From Terriglobales bacterium (lineage in GTDB: Bacteria > Acidobacteriota > Terriglobia > Terriglobales > Acidobacteriaceae): a stretch of DNA of 60,176 bases. Under the pieces are notes generated by a model. The model did not search any database. It was given only the letters and a program-made list of their open reading frames with translations, and was not told the DNA's origin. Of the stretch, positions 9,701 to 18,450 are shown piece after piece (within the stretch, counting starts at the first letter, position 1; every line of letters starts with the position of its first letter). The stretch spans positions 1-60,176 of the forward strand of contig DASYTX010000096.1 in assembly GCA_036001865.1 (NCBI GenBank), given 5' to 3'. The position numbers and the translations under genes are program-made.

Positions 9701-10719
9701 GGATCGAACCGGGAAGGGTGCGAGCGCCGGAGCTTGCGCGCGCGTGGTTGAATTCACCGCCGCTTTCGATGCGGCAGCTCCGTGGCAAGGTCGTGCTCAT
9801 CGACTTCTGGGACTACACCTGCGTCAACTGTATCCACACGCTTCCCTATGTCAAGGCCTGGCACGAGCGCTACCGGGATCATGGCCTTGTGGTGATCGGG
9901 GTGCACACCCCGGAATTCACCTTCGCCCAGTATGAGTCCAACGTTGAGCGCGGCGTACGAGAGTTCGATCTCACCTATCCCATCCTGATCGACAGCAACT
10001 TCGAAGTCTGGCAGGCCTTCGCCAACCGCTGCTGGCCGGCCAAGTACCTGATCGACTCCAACGGCTACGTACGCTACGCTCACTTCGGTGAGGGCGCCTA
10101 TCAGGAAACGGAAGCCGCTATCCAGGAGCTGCTACGGGAGATCAATCCTGCTGCGGAGTTGCCAGCGCTCATGGCGCCGCTGCGCGATTCCGATCGTCCC
10201 GGCGCAGTTTGCTTCTGCCCTACCCCGGAGCTTTATCTCGGCTACCGCCGGGGCCGGATCGGCAACCGCAGCGGCTTTGTCGAAGATCAATCGGCGAACT
10301 ATTCACTCGACGCTGAGCCAGAGGAGGGCGTCTTCTACGCCCACGGACGCTGGAGGTCAACGGCAGAGTTCTTGGGCGCTGACGAGGCCGGCGCCGGACT
10401 GGTGCTCAAGTATTCGGCGGCGGCGGTGAACCTGGTGATGTCGGCCCCACCCAACTCCACCTGCGAGGTGCTGGTCCGGCAAGACGGCCGTCCCCTATCC
10501 CGCGAACAAGCCACCGACGATACCAGCTTCCGCAACGATGAGAGCTATATCGTGGTGGACCAGCCCCGCATGTACTCCCTTATCGACAACCGTGACTTTG
10601 GCACGCACACCCTGGAGCTGCTCTGCCGGTCGTCCGGCGTGGCGGCGTTTGCCTTCACCTTCACCAGTTGCGTGGACCCGGAAGCCAGCCGGCTCTACGC
10701 CGGCTCCCAGGCGCGATGA
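9697..10719 (+). CDS. thioredoxin-fold (redoxin) protein with a DipZ-C-like extra C-terminal domain
   Basis: A CXXC motif occurs in FWDYTCVNCIHTLPYV, followed by VIGVHTPEF and WPAKYLID. The ATGA overlaps the upstream stop. Confidence 0.75.
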   Translation: MRIEPGRVRAPELARAWLNSPPLSMRQLRGKVVLIDFWDYTCVNCIHTLPYVKAWHERYRDHGLVVIGVHTPEFTFAQYESNVERGVREFDLTYPILIDSNFEVWQAFANRCWPAKYLIDSNGYVRYAHFGEGAYQETEAAIQELLREINPAAELPALMAPLRDSDRPGAVCFCPTPELYLGYRRGRIGNRSGFVEDQSANYSLDAEPEEGVFYAHGRWRSTAEFLGADEAGAGLVLKYSAAAVNLVMSAPPNSTCEVLVRQDGRPLSREQATDDTSFRNDESYIVVDQPRMYSLIDNRDFGTHTLELLCRSSGVAAFAFTFTSCVDPEASRLYAGSQAR

Positions 10720-11108
10720 AGCAGGTAGCAGCGGCTCTGATTCTCCGTGATGGCCAGGTGCTCATCTGCCAGCGCACGCGCTATCAGACCATGCCGCTGA
10801 AGTGGGAATTCCCCGGCGGCAAGATTGAACCAGGCGAACAACCCATTGACGCCCTGCGCCGCGAGCTGGAAGAGGAGCTTGGCATTGAAGCCCGCATCGG
10901 CGACGAGGTGGCGCGCATCCGCCACACCTACAAAGGCGGAAGCAACGTGCAGCTGCGCTTTTTTCTGGTCAACCACTTTGAGGGCGAGCCGGAAAACCGC
11001 ATCTTCCGCGACATCCAGTGGGTACCGCTGACCGATCTCGAACGGTTCGACTTTCTCGAAGCCGACCTCGAACTTGTCCGCGACCTGGCTGCGGGCAAGG
11101 TGCTGTAG
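10716..11108 (+). CDS. mutT: NUDIX hydrolase, MutT-type 8-oxo-dGTP diphosphatase
   Basis: The Nudix box reads GGKIEPGEQPIDALRRELEEELGI. The ATG at 10716 overlaps the stop of the upstream gene (ATGA). The longer track ORF from 10668 is less likely. Confidence 0.8.
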   Translation: MKQVAAALILRDGQVLICQRTRYQTMPLKWEFPGGKIEPGEQPIDALRRELEEELGIEARIGDEVARIRHTYKGGSNVQLRFFLVNHFEGEPENRIFRDIQWVPLTDLERFDFLEADLELVRDLAAGKVL

Positions 11109-11143
11109 AGCCTGCGCGCGCCCTGAGTTGAACACCGCTTTCA

Positions 11144-12403
11144 TCAGCCCCGCCCGCGCAGCGTCCAGAACCACAGGGCTACCAGTGCGATCATCACAAG
11201 CGTCGTCGCCCAAGTGACGATGTTGTAGGTCCGCGAGTTGACGTAATCGCCCATCAGGTCCTTCTTGTTCACCAGCAACAGCATGAAGACAAGCACAAAA
11301 GGCAGCAGAATGCCGTTAATCACCTGGGACAGCACGCTGATCTGGACGAGCGGCATGTCCGGCAACAGGATGATGCCCGCGCCCGCCGCCAGCAGACCGG
11401 TGTAAAGCCAGTAGAACACCGGCGCCTCGCGGAACTTCTTGTTCACCCCGGACTCGAACCCCATTCCTTCGCACACCGTGTACGCGGTCGAGAGCGGCAG
11501 GATGGAGGCTGCAAACAAGGAGGCATTGAACAGACCGGCGGCGAACAGAATGGAGGCATACTTGCCGGCCAGCGGGCGCAGCGCCTGGGCTGCGTCGGCG
11601 CCATCGCGGATCACGCGGTAACCGTAAGCGTGCAACGTGGCCGCGCAGGCTACCACGATAAAGCCCGCTACCAGTGGTGCGAATATGGCGCCGGTTATGA
11701 CGTCGATGCGCGACGCTCCGTACTGCCTCACCGTCACTCCCTTCTCGACGACTGAGGCCTGCAGGTAGAACTGCATCCAGGGCGCAATAGTGGCGCCGAT
11801 CATGCCGATGACGAGGTACAGATACGGAGGCTGGCGTAGGGTCGAGGGCGATGGCGGCTTCACCACGCTGAGCATGGCCTGGTTCCAGTCAGGCCGAGCC
11901 AGGAAGCCGGCAACGATGTAGGCGATGTAGAAAAAGGACGCCACCAGGAACACCTTCTCCACGCCCTTGTACGTTCCCTTCACCACGATCAGCCACACCA
12001 CTGCCGCAGCCAGCGGTACGGAGATGTAGCGGGAGACGCCGAACAGCTCCAGGCTGCTGGCCACCCCGGCGAACTCAGCCACCACGTTACCGAAGTTGGT
12101 CAGCACCAGGGCGGCCATCATCAAGAAGGTGATGCGCAGGCCGTATTCTTCGCGAATGAGGTCGCTGAGGCCTTTACCGGTGACCGCACCCATGCGGGCC
12201 GCCATCTCCTGGATCACGACCAGCGCAATAGTGGTGGGGACGAGCGTCCACAGCAGGGCATAGCCGAACTGCGCGCCGGCAGACGAGTAGGTAAAGATGC
12301 CGCCGGCATCGTTGTCCACGTTCGCTGTGATGAAGCCCGGGCCGACCACTGCCAGAAAAATCAGGATCCGGGTCTTCCAGCGCCTGCGCCATCTCTTCCT
12401 CAT
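11144..12403 (-). CDS. NRAMP/SLC11-family transporter with a non-canonical metal site (NRMT-like)
   Basis: The protein is 419 aa and polytopic. The TM1 region GPGFITANVDNDAGGIF aligns to MntH GPAFIAAIGYIDPGNF, so DPGN becomes DAGG. The TM6 region IGATIAPWMQFYL aligns to IGATVMPHAIYLH, so MPH becomes APW. Confidence 0.85.
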   Translation of the reverse strand: MRKRWRRRWKTRILIFLAVVGPGFITANVDNDAGGIFTYSSAGAQFGYALLWTLVPTTIALVVIQEMAARMGAVTGKGLSDLIREEYGLRITFLMMAALVLTNFGNVVAEFAGVASSLELFGVSRYISVPLAAAVVWLIVVKGTYKGVEKVFLVASFFYIAYIVAGFLARPDWNQAMLSVVKPPSPSTLRQPPYLYLVIGMIGATIAPWMQFYLQASVVEKGVTVRQYGASRIDVITGAIFAPLVAGFIVVACAATLHAYGYRVIRDGADAAQALRPLAGKYASILFAAGLFNASLFAASILPLSTAYTVCEGMGFESGVNKKFREAPVFYWLYTGLLAAGAGIILLPDMPLVQISVLSQVINGILLPFVLVFMLLLVNKKDLMGDYVNSRTYNIVTWATTLVMIALVALWFWTLRGRG

Positions 12404-12471
12404 TGCACCGTTCGGCTGCCGCCATTTTGCGGAATGAATCTATCGCGGACGGCGGCCCATTGCCTACTGCT

Positions 12472-13719
12472 TTACAGCTTGCTGCGCAACAGACTGATCA
12501 CGTCATCGGCGGTAATGATGCCGGTCAGCACGCCGTTTCCATCGATCACTGGTAGCGTCAAGAGGTTGTACTTGTCGAACAATTCAGCGACCTCTTTTTC
12601 CGATGCGCCCGCTGGGCAGGAAATCAGGGGCTCGGCCGCGAGCTCCGACAGCCGGACCTCAGGTCCGGCCAGCACCAGGGTGGTGAGCGGCACGGCACCG
12701 ACCAGCTTCTTGTTCTCGTCCACCAGGAAGATGGTACTGATGGTTTCGACACCGCCCTCGAAGTGGCGCAGGGCGTCGATGGCGTCGCGCACGGTGGCGC
12801 TCGGGGGCAGCGCGATGAAGTCCGTGGTCATGCGACCGGCGGCTGTGTTTTCGCGGAACTCGAGCAGCTCGGCGACTTCCTTCCGCTCTTCCGGCTCCAT
12901 TTCCTCGAGAATGACCTCCGAGGTCTCCTGGGGCAGATCGGCGAGCAGGTCGGCGGCCGCGTCCGGGTCCATCTCCTCGACAATGTCGGCGGCCCGGTCG
13001 GAGTCGAGCGACTCCACGATCGAGACCTGCAGTTTGGGATTCACTTCCTCCAGGGCCTCAGCCGCCACGTGCTCGTCCAGCGTCTCGAAGACAGCTTCGC
13101 GCTCGGCCGGCGCCAGTTCCTCGACGATATCGGCGATGTCAGCAGGGTGCAGCCGTGCCAGGCGTTCGTGGGCAATCTTCAGCTTCACGCGCCGCGCCGG
13201 GTCGGTCTCGATCAGGTCCACAAACTCCCAAGGGATCACCCTGGACGGGATCTTGGTTACGAGGGCGTTGATGGCTCGCGCCGGAACCACACCCTTCAGC
13301 AGGCGGCGCACCGCCCCGCGCGTCCCCACCTCGACGTCGCCGACGCTGAGCTCGAGATGATGGTTGGTGGTCTGCTGAATCAGATCCACGTCGTTGACGC
13401 GCACCACCTTGCGGCCGTGGACATCGATAATCTGCTGGTCCAGCAGGTCGCGCTCCAGCAGCAGCAGTCCTTCGCTGGCGCTGAACGGCTGCCAGTCGCT
13501 GGCAGGAATCGTGGCGTGCACTTTGAAGCCGTCCACGGTTTTGAGCGCCTGCGGCGGCACTACTCGGTCGCCGTGCCTGGTCTTGACGATGACAGCGGCG
13601 ATCCGACTGGGGTGGTCCTGGGGGCTGATGGCCAGTTCGCGCACACGTCCGCCCATCTTGCCGGTGGAGTCAATTACCGGCGAACCGAGCAGCTCCGACA
13701 ACGCAATCGCCGACATCAT
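12472..13719 (-). CDS. soluble MgtE-like regulatory protein: PRC-barrel(s), MgtE_N domain and a CBS pair, with no membrane domain
   Basis: PRC-like SELLGSPVIDSTGKMGGRVRELAI is followed by acidic helical MgtE_N repeats (ADIVEEL.., AADIVEEMDPDAAADLLADL..) and two CBS motifs. The protein ends ..GIITADDVISLLRSKL with no TM segment. The start is uncertain (ATG 13719 or TTG 13785). Confidence 0.8.
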   Translation of the reverse strand: MMSAIALSELLGSPVIDSTGKMGGRVRELAISPQDHPSRIAAVIVKTRHGDRVVPPQALKTVDGFKVHATIPASDWQPFSASEGLLLLERDLLDQQIIDVHGRKVVRVNDVDLIQQTTNHHLELSVGDVEVGTRGAVRRLLKGVVPARAINALVTKIPSRVIPWEFVDLIETDPARRVKLKIAHERLARLHPADIADIVEELAPAEREAVFETLDEHVAAEALEEVNPKLQVSIVESLDSDRAADIVEEMDPDAAADLLADLPQETSEVILEEMEPEERKEVAELLEFRENTAAGRMTTDFIALPPSATVRDAIDALRHFEGGVETISTIFLVDENKKLVGAVPLTTLVLAGPEVRLSELAAEPLISCPAGASEKEVAELFDKYNLLTLPVIDGNGVLTGIITADDVISLLRSKL

Positions 13720-13957
13720 TCCCGAGAATACCCAACTGCATGAAACTTTCCAATCGCTTCTCTGCGCCTGTGCTGCGGCCCGCAACCATCGTAGGGCGCC
13801 AGCCGATCCTTTGCCGCGCGCGGGTGCGCGTTTGACAATTCCCTGACCCGGCAGGCAAACTACCGATTCCCCGGCCCGGGCTCGCTACCGATAGGTTTAG
13901 CCCGCCGGCGTCAGGCCGCCGCCTGGTGTCCACAGCTTGGTGCACGATACCTTGAAA

Positions 13958-14455
13958 ATGACCGGAAACCGGGTCTCCTATACTCTCGAGTCGTCGCTGA
14001 CGAGCATTAATACCGCTGAGGAGACGGCACTAAAGATAGCGGCCCAGGCCGGCTTCGACGACGACGAATCGCAGAAGATCTCCATGGCGGTGCGGGAGGC
14101 CGCGGTCAACGCCGTGCTCCACGGTAATGCCTACGACCCCCAAAAAAAGATGACTCTGGCATTCGAGAGCACGGGCAACGCTCTGGTCATTACCGTCACC
14201 GATCAGGGGCAGGGGCTGGATCCCAATAACATTACCGACCCGCTGTCGCCGGAGAACTTGCTGAAGCAGTCCGGCCGGGGCATCTTTCTGATGCGCGCTT
14301 TCATGGACGAGGTCAGGATCCGCCCGCTCGATCCCAATAGCGACCAATCGGGAACCGAAGTCACCATGATCAAGAACGTCCGCGGCGAATCTGCGCAGCG
14401 GCCCGACGATGGCCGCGGCGGAGCCGCCGCCGGCGGCAAGGAGGCAGCCCAGTGA
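13958..14455 (+). CDS. anti-sigma regulatory factor, RsbW/SpoIIAB-type Ser kinase (HATPase_c)
   Basis: The N box is [14 protein letters not shown] and the G boxes are VTDQGQGLD and SGRGIFLMR. The start is ATG 13958, or possibly TTG 13937. Confidence 0.8.
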   Translation: MTGNRVSYTLESSLTSINTAEETALKIAAQAGFDDDESQKISMAVREAAVNAVLHGNAYDPQKKMTLAFESTGNALVITVTDQGQGLDPNNITDPLSPENLLKQSGRGIFLMRAFMDEVRIRPLDPNSDQSGTEVTMIKNVRGESAQRPDDGRGGAAAGGKEAAQ

Positions 14456-14799
14456 GCATGAAGAGCAGTACGCGGCAGGTGAATGGTGTGACTATCGTGG
14501 ACCTCAGCGGACGCATTACCCTGGGCGAGGGCAGCGTCGTTCTGCGCGACACCGTCCGCGAACTCGTCGGCAAGGGCCAGAAGAAGATTCTGTTGAACCT
14601 GGGCGACGTCACCTACATTGACAGTTCCGGGATCGGGGAACTGGTCAGCGCCTTCACCACGGTGCGCAATCAGGGCGGCGAACTCAAGCTGCTGAACCTG
14701 ACCAAGAAGGTGCATGACCTGCTGCAGATCACTAAGCTCTACACCGTCTTCGACGTGAAGGACGACGAGGCCGCGGCCGTCTCTTCCTTCGCCAAGTAA
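14452..14799 (+). CDS. STAS-domain anti-sigma-factor antagonist (RsbV/SpoIIAA-like)
   Basis: The motif [18 protein letters not shown] contains the conserved phosphorylatable Ser, and ..[17 protein letters not shown] is also present. The gene overlaps the upstream stop. Confidence 0.85.
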   Translation: MSMKSSTRQVNGVTIVDLSGRITLGEGSVVLRDTVRELVGKGQKKILLNLGDVTYIDSSGIGELVSAFTTVRNQGGELKLLNLTKKVHDLLQITKLYTVFDVKDDEAAAVSSFAK

Positions 14800-14803
14800 A
14801 CTA

Positions 14804-14828
14804 CCGGCCCGGACTCTCCCCGGGCCGG
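14804..14828 (+). terminator. GC-rich hairpin after the STAS gene (terminator-like, no U-tract)
   Basis: CCGGCCCGG-ACTCTCC-CCGGGCCGG is a perfect 9-bp stem located 5 nt after the stop. Confidence 0.4.
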
Positions 14829-14898
14829 CGCTGTCTCTCCCGCGGCTACGCCCTCCGGGCTAATGTAATCCGCGACTTGGCTGAGCTATAGTCCGCGG

Positions 14899-15330
14899 AT
14901 GATGCGCTTGGCGGCCATCTTTCTCCTTACCAATGTTGCCTGCGCCGCATGCCTGCCCATCTCGGAGGCCCCGAAGAAGATCGGCCAGACCGTTTGCATC
15001 ACCGGGAAGGTGATAAAGGTCGGCGTGGGCAAAAGTGGAACGCATTTCCTCAACTTTTGCGAGGATTACACCCAGTGCCCTTTCGCTGTGGTGGTCTTTC
15101 CTCGTGACCTTCACCACGTGGGCGACGTGCGTCAACTGGAGGGCAAGACCATCGAGGTCCACGGCAAGGTGCAGAAATATGGCGGACAGGCAGAGATCAT
15201 TCTTCGCGAGTCGCGCCAACTTCGCGGCGAGGCGGCCAAGCTGCCGCCCGTGCCCAAGACGTACGATGTCGAGCGCCGGGGCGGGTTCAGCGCCGGCAAG
15301 TTTTCCAAGCCAGCGAGCAAGTCTCACTAG
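14899..15330 (+). CDS. hypothetical secreted protein, OB-fold-like
   Basis: A signal-like N-terminus (MMRLAAIFLLTNVACAAC) is followed by ..VCITGKVIKV..IEVHGKVQKYGGQAEII, which resembles OB-fold proteins. No enzymatic motif was seen. Confidence 0.45.
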   Translation: MMRLAAIFLLTNVACAACLPISEAPKKIGQTVCITGKVIKVGVGKSGTHFLNFCEDYTQCPFAVVVFPRDLHHVGDVRQLEGKTIEVHGKVQKYGGQAEIILRESRQLRGEAAKLPPVPKTYDVERRGGFSAGKFSKPASKSH

Positions 15331-15357
15331 CGGTTTTTTTTAGGGGTTCCGAGGTGC

Positions 15358-16530
15358 TCACGCCATTCCCTTGCGTAGCTCGTGGAGCGGATACTTGGTC
15401 CCACGCCATACCACGCCGCCGCGCCACAGCGTCAGGAAAGTTGATCGCAGTAGGATGTACACGTAGAGCACTGTGCTCACCGGATGCAGGAAAAATAACA
15501 CCGGCCAGATTTCGCGCGCGTGCAGCCACATGCCCACATACATCAGGGCGATCACGGCAGTGGCGGCGACAAAGCCCAACTTGGCCCAGCCGAGCGCAAA
15601 CAGTACTCCTAGGAACGGCCCCAGGTTAAGCAGCGCCAGCAGGAAGGCAGCGCCCAGGGCGCGATACCAACGGAAGAGCATCACAGCGAATACGTTCTTT
15701 GTTAGGTTATCAACTACGCCCATGGCGCCGCGCGCCCAGCGGACTCGGACCAGGCCCGGACCGAAGGCGGTGCGCTGCGTATAGCGGTGCTGCTTGACCA
15801 CCTCGCCCAGCTTCATGTCGTCCACCACCTGCAGGCGCAGCGCGGCATAGGTCCCGATGGCTTGGTACACGCGGCGCCGGACCAGGTTGAAGGCGCCGAT
15901 TCCTATGTGGTCCTTGCAATCCGGGTCGGACACCTTCCACGCCCGGTGCCCGAAGATGAACAGCGTCTGAAAGAAGGCGACCATCATGCGCTCGCCCACT
16001 GAGTGGAAGATGTGCGTAGGAAACAAGACCAGGTGCTCAGCCCGTGTGTCTTCGGCATAGGCGATGGCGCGGCGCAGCGCTTCCGGATGAAAGATGACGT
16101 CCGCGTCAGTGAAAAGTATCCACTCGCCCGTGGCGCGCTCGGCTGCGATCCACATGGCGTGTGTCTTACCGAGCCAGCCGGCCGGCAGTTCGCGGACGTG
16201 CATCACCTGGAAACGGCCGGATGCATCCTTGGCCACAATGCTGTCCAGGATCTCGCCGGTGCGATCAGTAGAGCGATCGTTGACTGCGATGATTTCGTAG
16301 TCGGGATAGTCGAGCGCCAACAACGATCGCAGGGCTGCCTCTAGGTGCTCTTCCTCGTTACGCGCAGGGACGACGATGGTCACGCGGGGAGCGCTTCCCT
16401 GCCGCCAATGACGATCCCATTGCCGCTCGGTAATGTCGGCGATGCGCGGAATCCCGCGAGCGGTGTCAACAAGACGATCCAGCCACACTACTGCCAAGAT
16501 CGCACCCACAATCCACCAGAACCAAGTCAT
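15358..16530 (-). CDS. membrane-bound family 2 glycosyltransferase
   Basis: An N-terminal TM is followed by VTIVVPARNEE, ..IIAVNDRSTD.. and FTDADV (DXD). C-terminal TM helices are present. Confidence 0.8.
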   Translation of the reverse strand: MTWFWWIVGAILAVVWLDRLVDTARGIPRIADITERQWDRHWRQGSAPRVTIVVPARNEEEHLEAALRSLLALDYPDYEIIAVNDRSTDRTGEILDSIVAKDASGRFQVMHVRELPAGWLGKTHAMWIAAERATGEWILFTDADVIFHPEALRRAIAYAEDTRAEHLVLFPTHIFHSVGERMMVAFFQTLFIFGHRAWKVSDPDCKDHIGIGAFNLVRRRVYQAIGTYAALRLQVVDDMKLGEVVKQHRYTQRTAFGPGLVRVRWARGAMGVVDNLTKNVFAVMLFRWYRALGAAFLLALLNLGPFLGVLFALGWAKLGFVAATAVIALMYVGMWLHAREIWPVLFFLHPVSTVLYVYILLRSTFLTLWRGGVVWRGTKYPLHELRKGMA

Positions 16531-16560
16531 GAGGCAGGGGCTCGCACAAGCACGATCTTA

Positions 16561-17919
16561 CTAGAACGCCCCGGCTTCCCTGGCCTCTCGTGCCTTGGTC
16601 TCATTGACGAACTGCAGCAGCGTCATCCCAACCAGGAAAAACGCGATGAGCGATACGATGGCCTGGCGGGACGATCCCGTCCATTGCTTCATCAGAGCGA
16701 ATGCGAAAGGTCCCCACACCGCAGAAAATTTGGTAAAGACTGTGTAGAACCCGTAGAACTCGGCGCTGGCCTGTTCCGGGACCATGCTGCCGAAAAACGA
16801 GCGGCTCAGGGCCTGCGAACCGCCCAGCACGATGCCCACAATGATCCCCAGCACGAAAAACTGAGTTGCGTTGGTCATGAAGTAGGCATAGATCACCACG
16901 CCTGACCACAGCACCAGCGTGAGCATGATGGAGCGCTTCGTGCCCAGGCGCCCTGCGATCCAACTGAAGAGCAAGGCGCCGAGGGTGGCGACGAATTGGA
17001 TCGCAAGCAGCGTGCCCATCAGTACCGCGGTCGGCAGGCGCATCTCGACCGAACCGTAGGTTGTGGCCAGATTGATCACTGTCTGTATGCCGTCGTTGTA
17101 GAACATGAAAGCCAGCAGAAACAGCACGAGGTGGCGGAAACGGCGCACCCGGCGGGTCGTCGCCCAGGTCCGCTCCAGACCCATCGCGGCCAGGGCCAGC
17201 GGGCGCGGCCAGCGACGATAGGCCTCGGGTAATCGTTCGCCAGCAGGTGCTTCCCACAGCAACTTCGCCGTGAACAGCGTGAATCCGGCCCACCACAGGC
17301 CCGCCATGCCGATGCCAACGCGCGCCGCCGTCTCCTGGGCGATACCCAGCCGCCCGTGTCCGACGATTAGTCCCAGCGCGATGGCAAACTGCAAGCCGCC
17401 TCCCACGTACCCGAACGAGTAGCCTTTGCCCGAGACCCAGTCCATGCGCTGCTCGCTCGCGATCTGTGGCAGGAAAGCGTCGTAGAAAACATTGGCGCTG
17501 ACATAGCAGAACTGCGCCACCACGAAGAACAGCATGGTGCGATAGAGATCGCCGGAGCGCGAGAAGTACAGCAGTAGGGTGAACAGCGAGCCGGTGTAGG
17601 CGAACATGAGCAGGAAGCGCTTTTTCGCGGCGGAGAAATCTGCGATTGCGCCCAGCACCGGCGCGGCCAGAAACGCCAGCACATCGGCCACGCCCACCAT
17701 CAGCCCCCAGAGGCTGTCAGGGTGGTAATGCGTGCCCCGGATGGTCACGCCTTCGCGCCCCACCACCACGTTGGCGAAGTACAAGGGAATCAGTCCCACG
17801 GCAGTGGTGATGTAGGCCGAGTTGGCCCAGTCATACATGCACCAGCCGAAGATGGTCCTGGGATTGTCTTTGATGGGAGTGGAAAGGCGAGGCTCAGCGG
17901 CGACGCTCTCGGTGGACAC
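16561..17919 (-). CDS. MFS transporter (UMF1/Atg22-like)
   Basis: The 452 aa protein is polytopic with about 12 predicted TM segments. The pattern WCMYDWANSAY near the N-terminus is typical of the UMF1 family. Confidence 0.8.
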   Translation of the reverse strand: MSTESVAAEPRLSTPIKDNPRTIFGWCMYDWANSAYITTAVGLIPLYFANVVVGREGVTIRGTHYHPDSLWGLMVGVADVLAFLAAPVLGAIADFSAAKKRFLLMFAYTGSLFTLLLYFSRSGDLYRTMLFFVVAQFCYVSANVFYDAFLPQIASEQRMDWVSGKGYSFGYVGGGLQFAIALGLIVGHGRLGIAQETAARVGIGMAGLWWAGFTLFTAKLLWEAPAGERLPEAYRRWPRPLALAAMGLERTWATTRRVRRFRHLVLFLLAFMFYNDGIQTVINLATTYGSVEMRLPTAVLMGTLLAIQFVATLGALLFSWIAGRLGTKRSIMLTLVLWSGVVIYAYFMTNATQFFVLGIIVGIVLGGSQALSRSFFGSMVPEQASAEFYGFYTVFTKFSAVWGPFAFALMKQWTGSSRQAIVSLIAFFLVGMTLLQFVNETKAREAREAGAF

Positions 17920-18094
17920 GGTTGCGCTAATGTACAGAGATCAGCGGCCCCGCACAAACCTGCATTAGCTCTCGATCAACATCGAATCGCCATGGCTTAC
18001 CGAGCATCTAATATCTTGACTTTCAAGCACTTGCACACTAACTTTGGAAGTAGCTCTTTGACCTGCCGCAGCGCGCACAATGCGCTTCTCCAAT

Positions 18095-18445
18095 GGGGGC
18101 GTCACGGCTTCGACGGAGATGCTTGCGGCCGAGAGGCATGCCGGGGTGCACACACCCGTAATCGCGTGCAAAAACACAATTGCCAACACACAGCTGGCAT
18201 ACGCTGCTTAATTAGTTAAGTAGCCGTCCTCCGCGGCTTGGTCCGCGGGCTGCGGAAGGGCGTCGCACAGCGGACTGGTTCTGGACGCTACGCCTGGGCG
18301 TCCCGAACGAGACTTACGGGCTAGCGGTTCGCGTTTCTTGTCCGTTCTCGAGCGCGAGCAGCGAACCATGCGGAACGGAACAAGCATGTAGGCTCTTCGC
18401 CAGTAACATCTTCGGACCCGGGTTCAACTCCCGGCGCCTCCACCA
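18095..18445 (+). ncRNA. ssrA: tmRNA (SsrA)
   Basis: The 5' GGGGGCGUCACGGCUUCGACGG and 3' GGACCCGGGUUCAACUCCCGGCGCCUCCACCA form a tRNA-Ala-like acceptor with a G3:U wobble, a T-arm and an encoded CCA. The internal tag frame from GCA at 18168 reads AKNTIANTQLAYAA, with a TAA stop at 18210-18212. Confidence 0.92.
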
Positions 18446-18450
18446 TGACT

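Noticed and set aside
12434-13743. Plus-strand ORFs of 308 aa and 326 aa overlapping the MgtE_N-CBS gene
   Set aside because: These are Ser- or Arg-rich shadow frames opposite a gene with clear PRC, MgtE_N and CBS motifs.
13786-13936. An M-box Mg2+ riboswitch upstream of the MgtE-like gene
   Set aside because: The leader is about 150 nt or less and is shared with a divergent gene. I could not recognise M-box conserved segments by eye. A covariance-model scan is needed before any claim.
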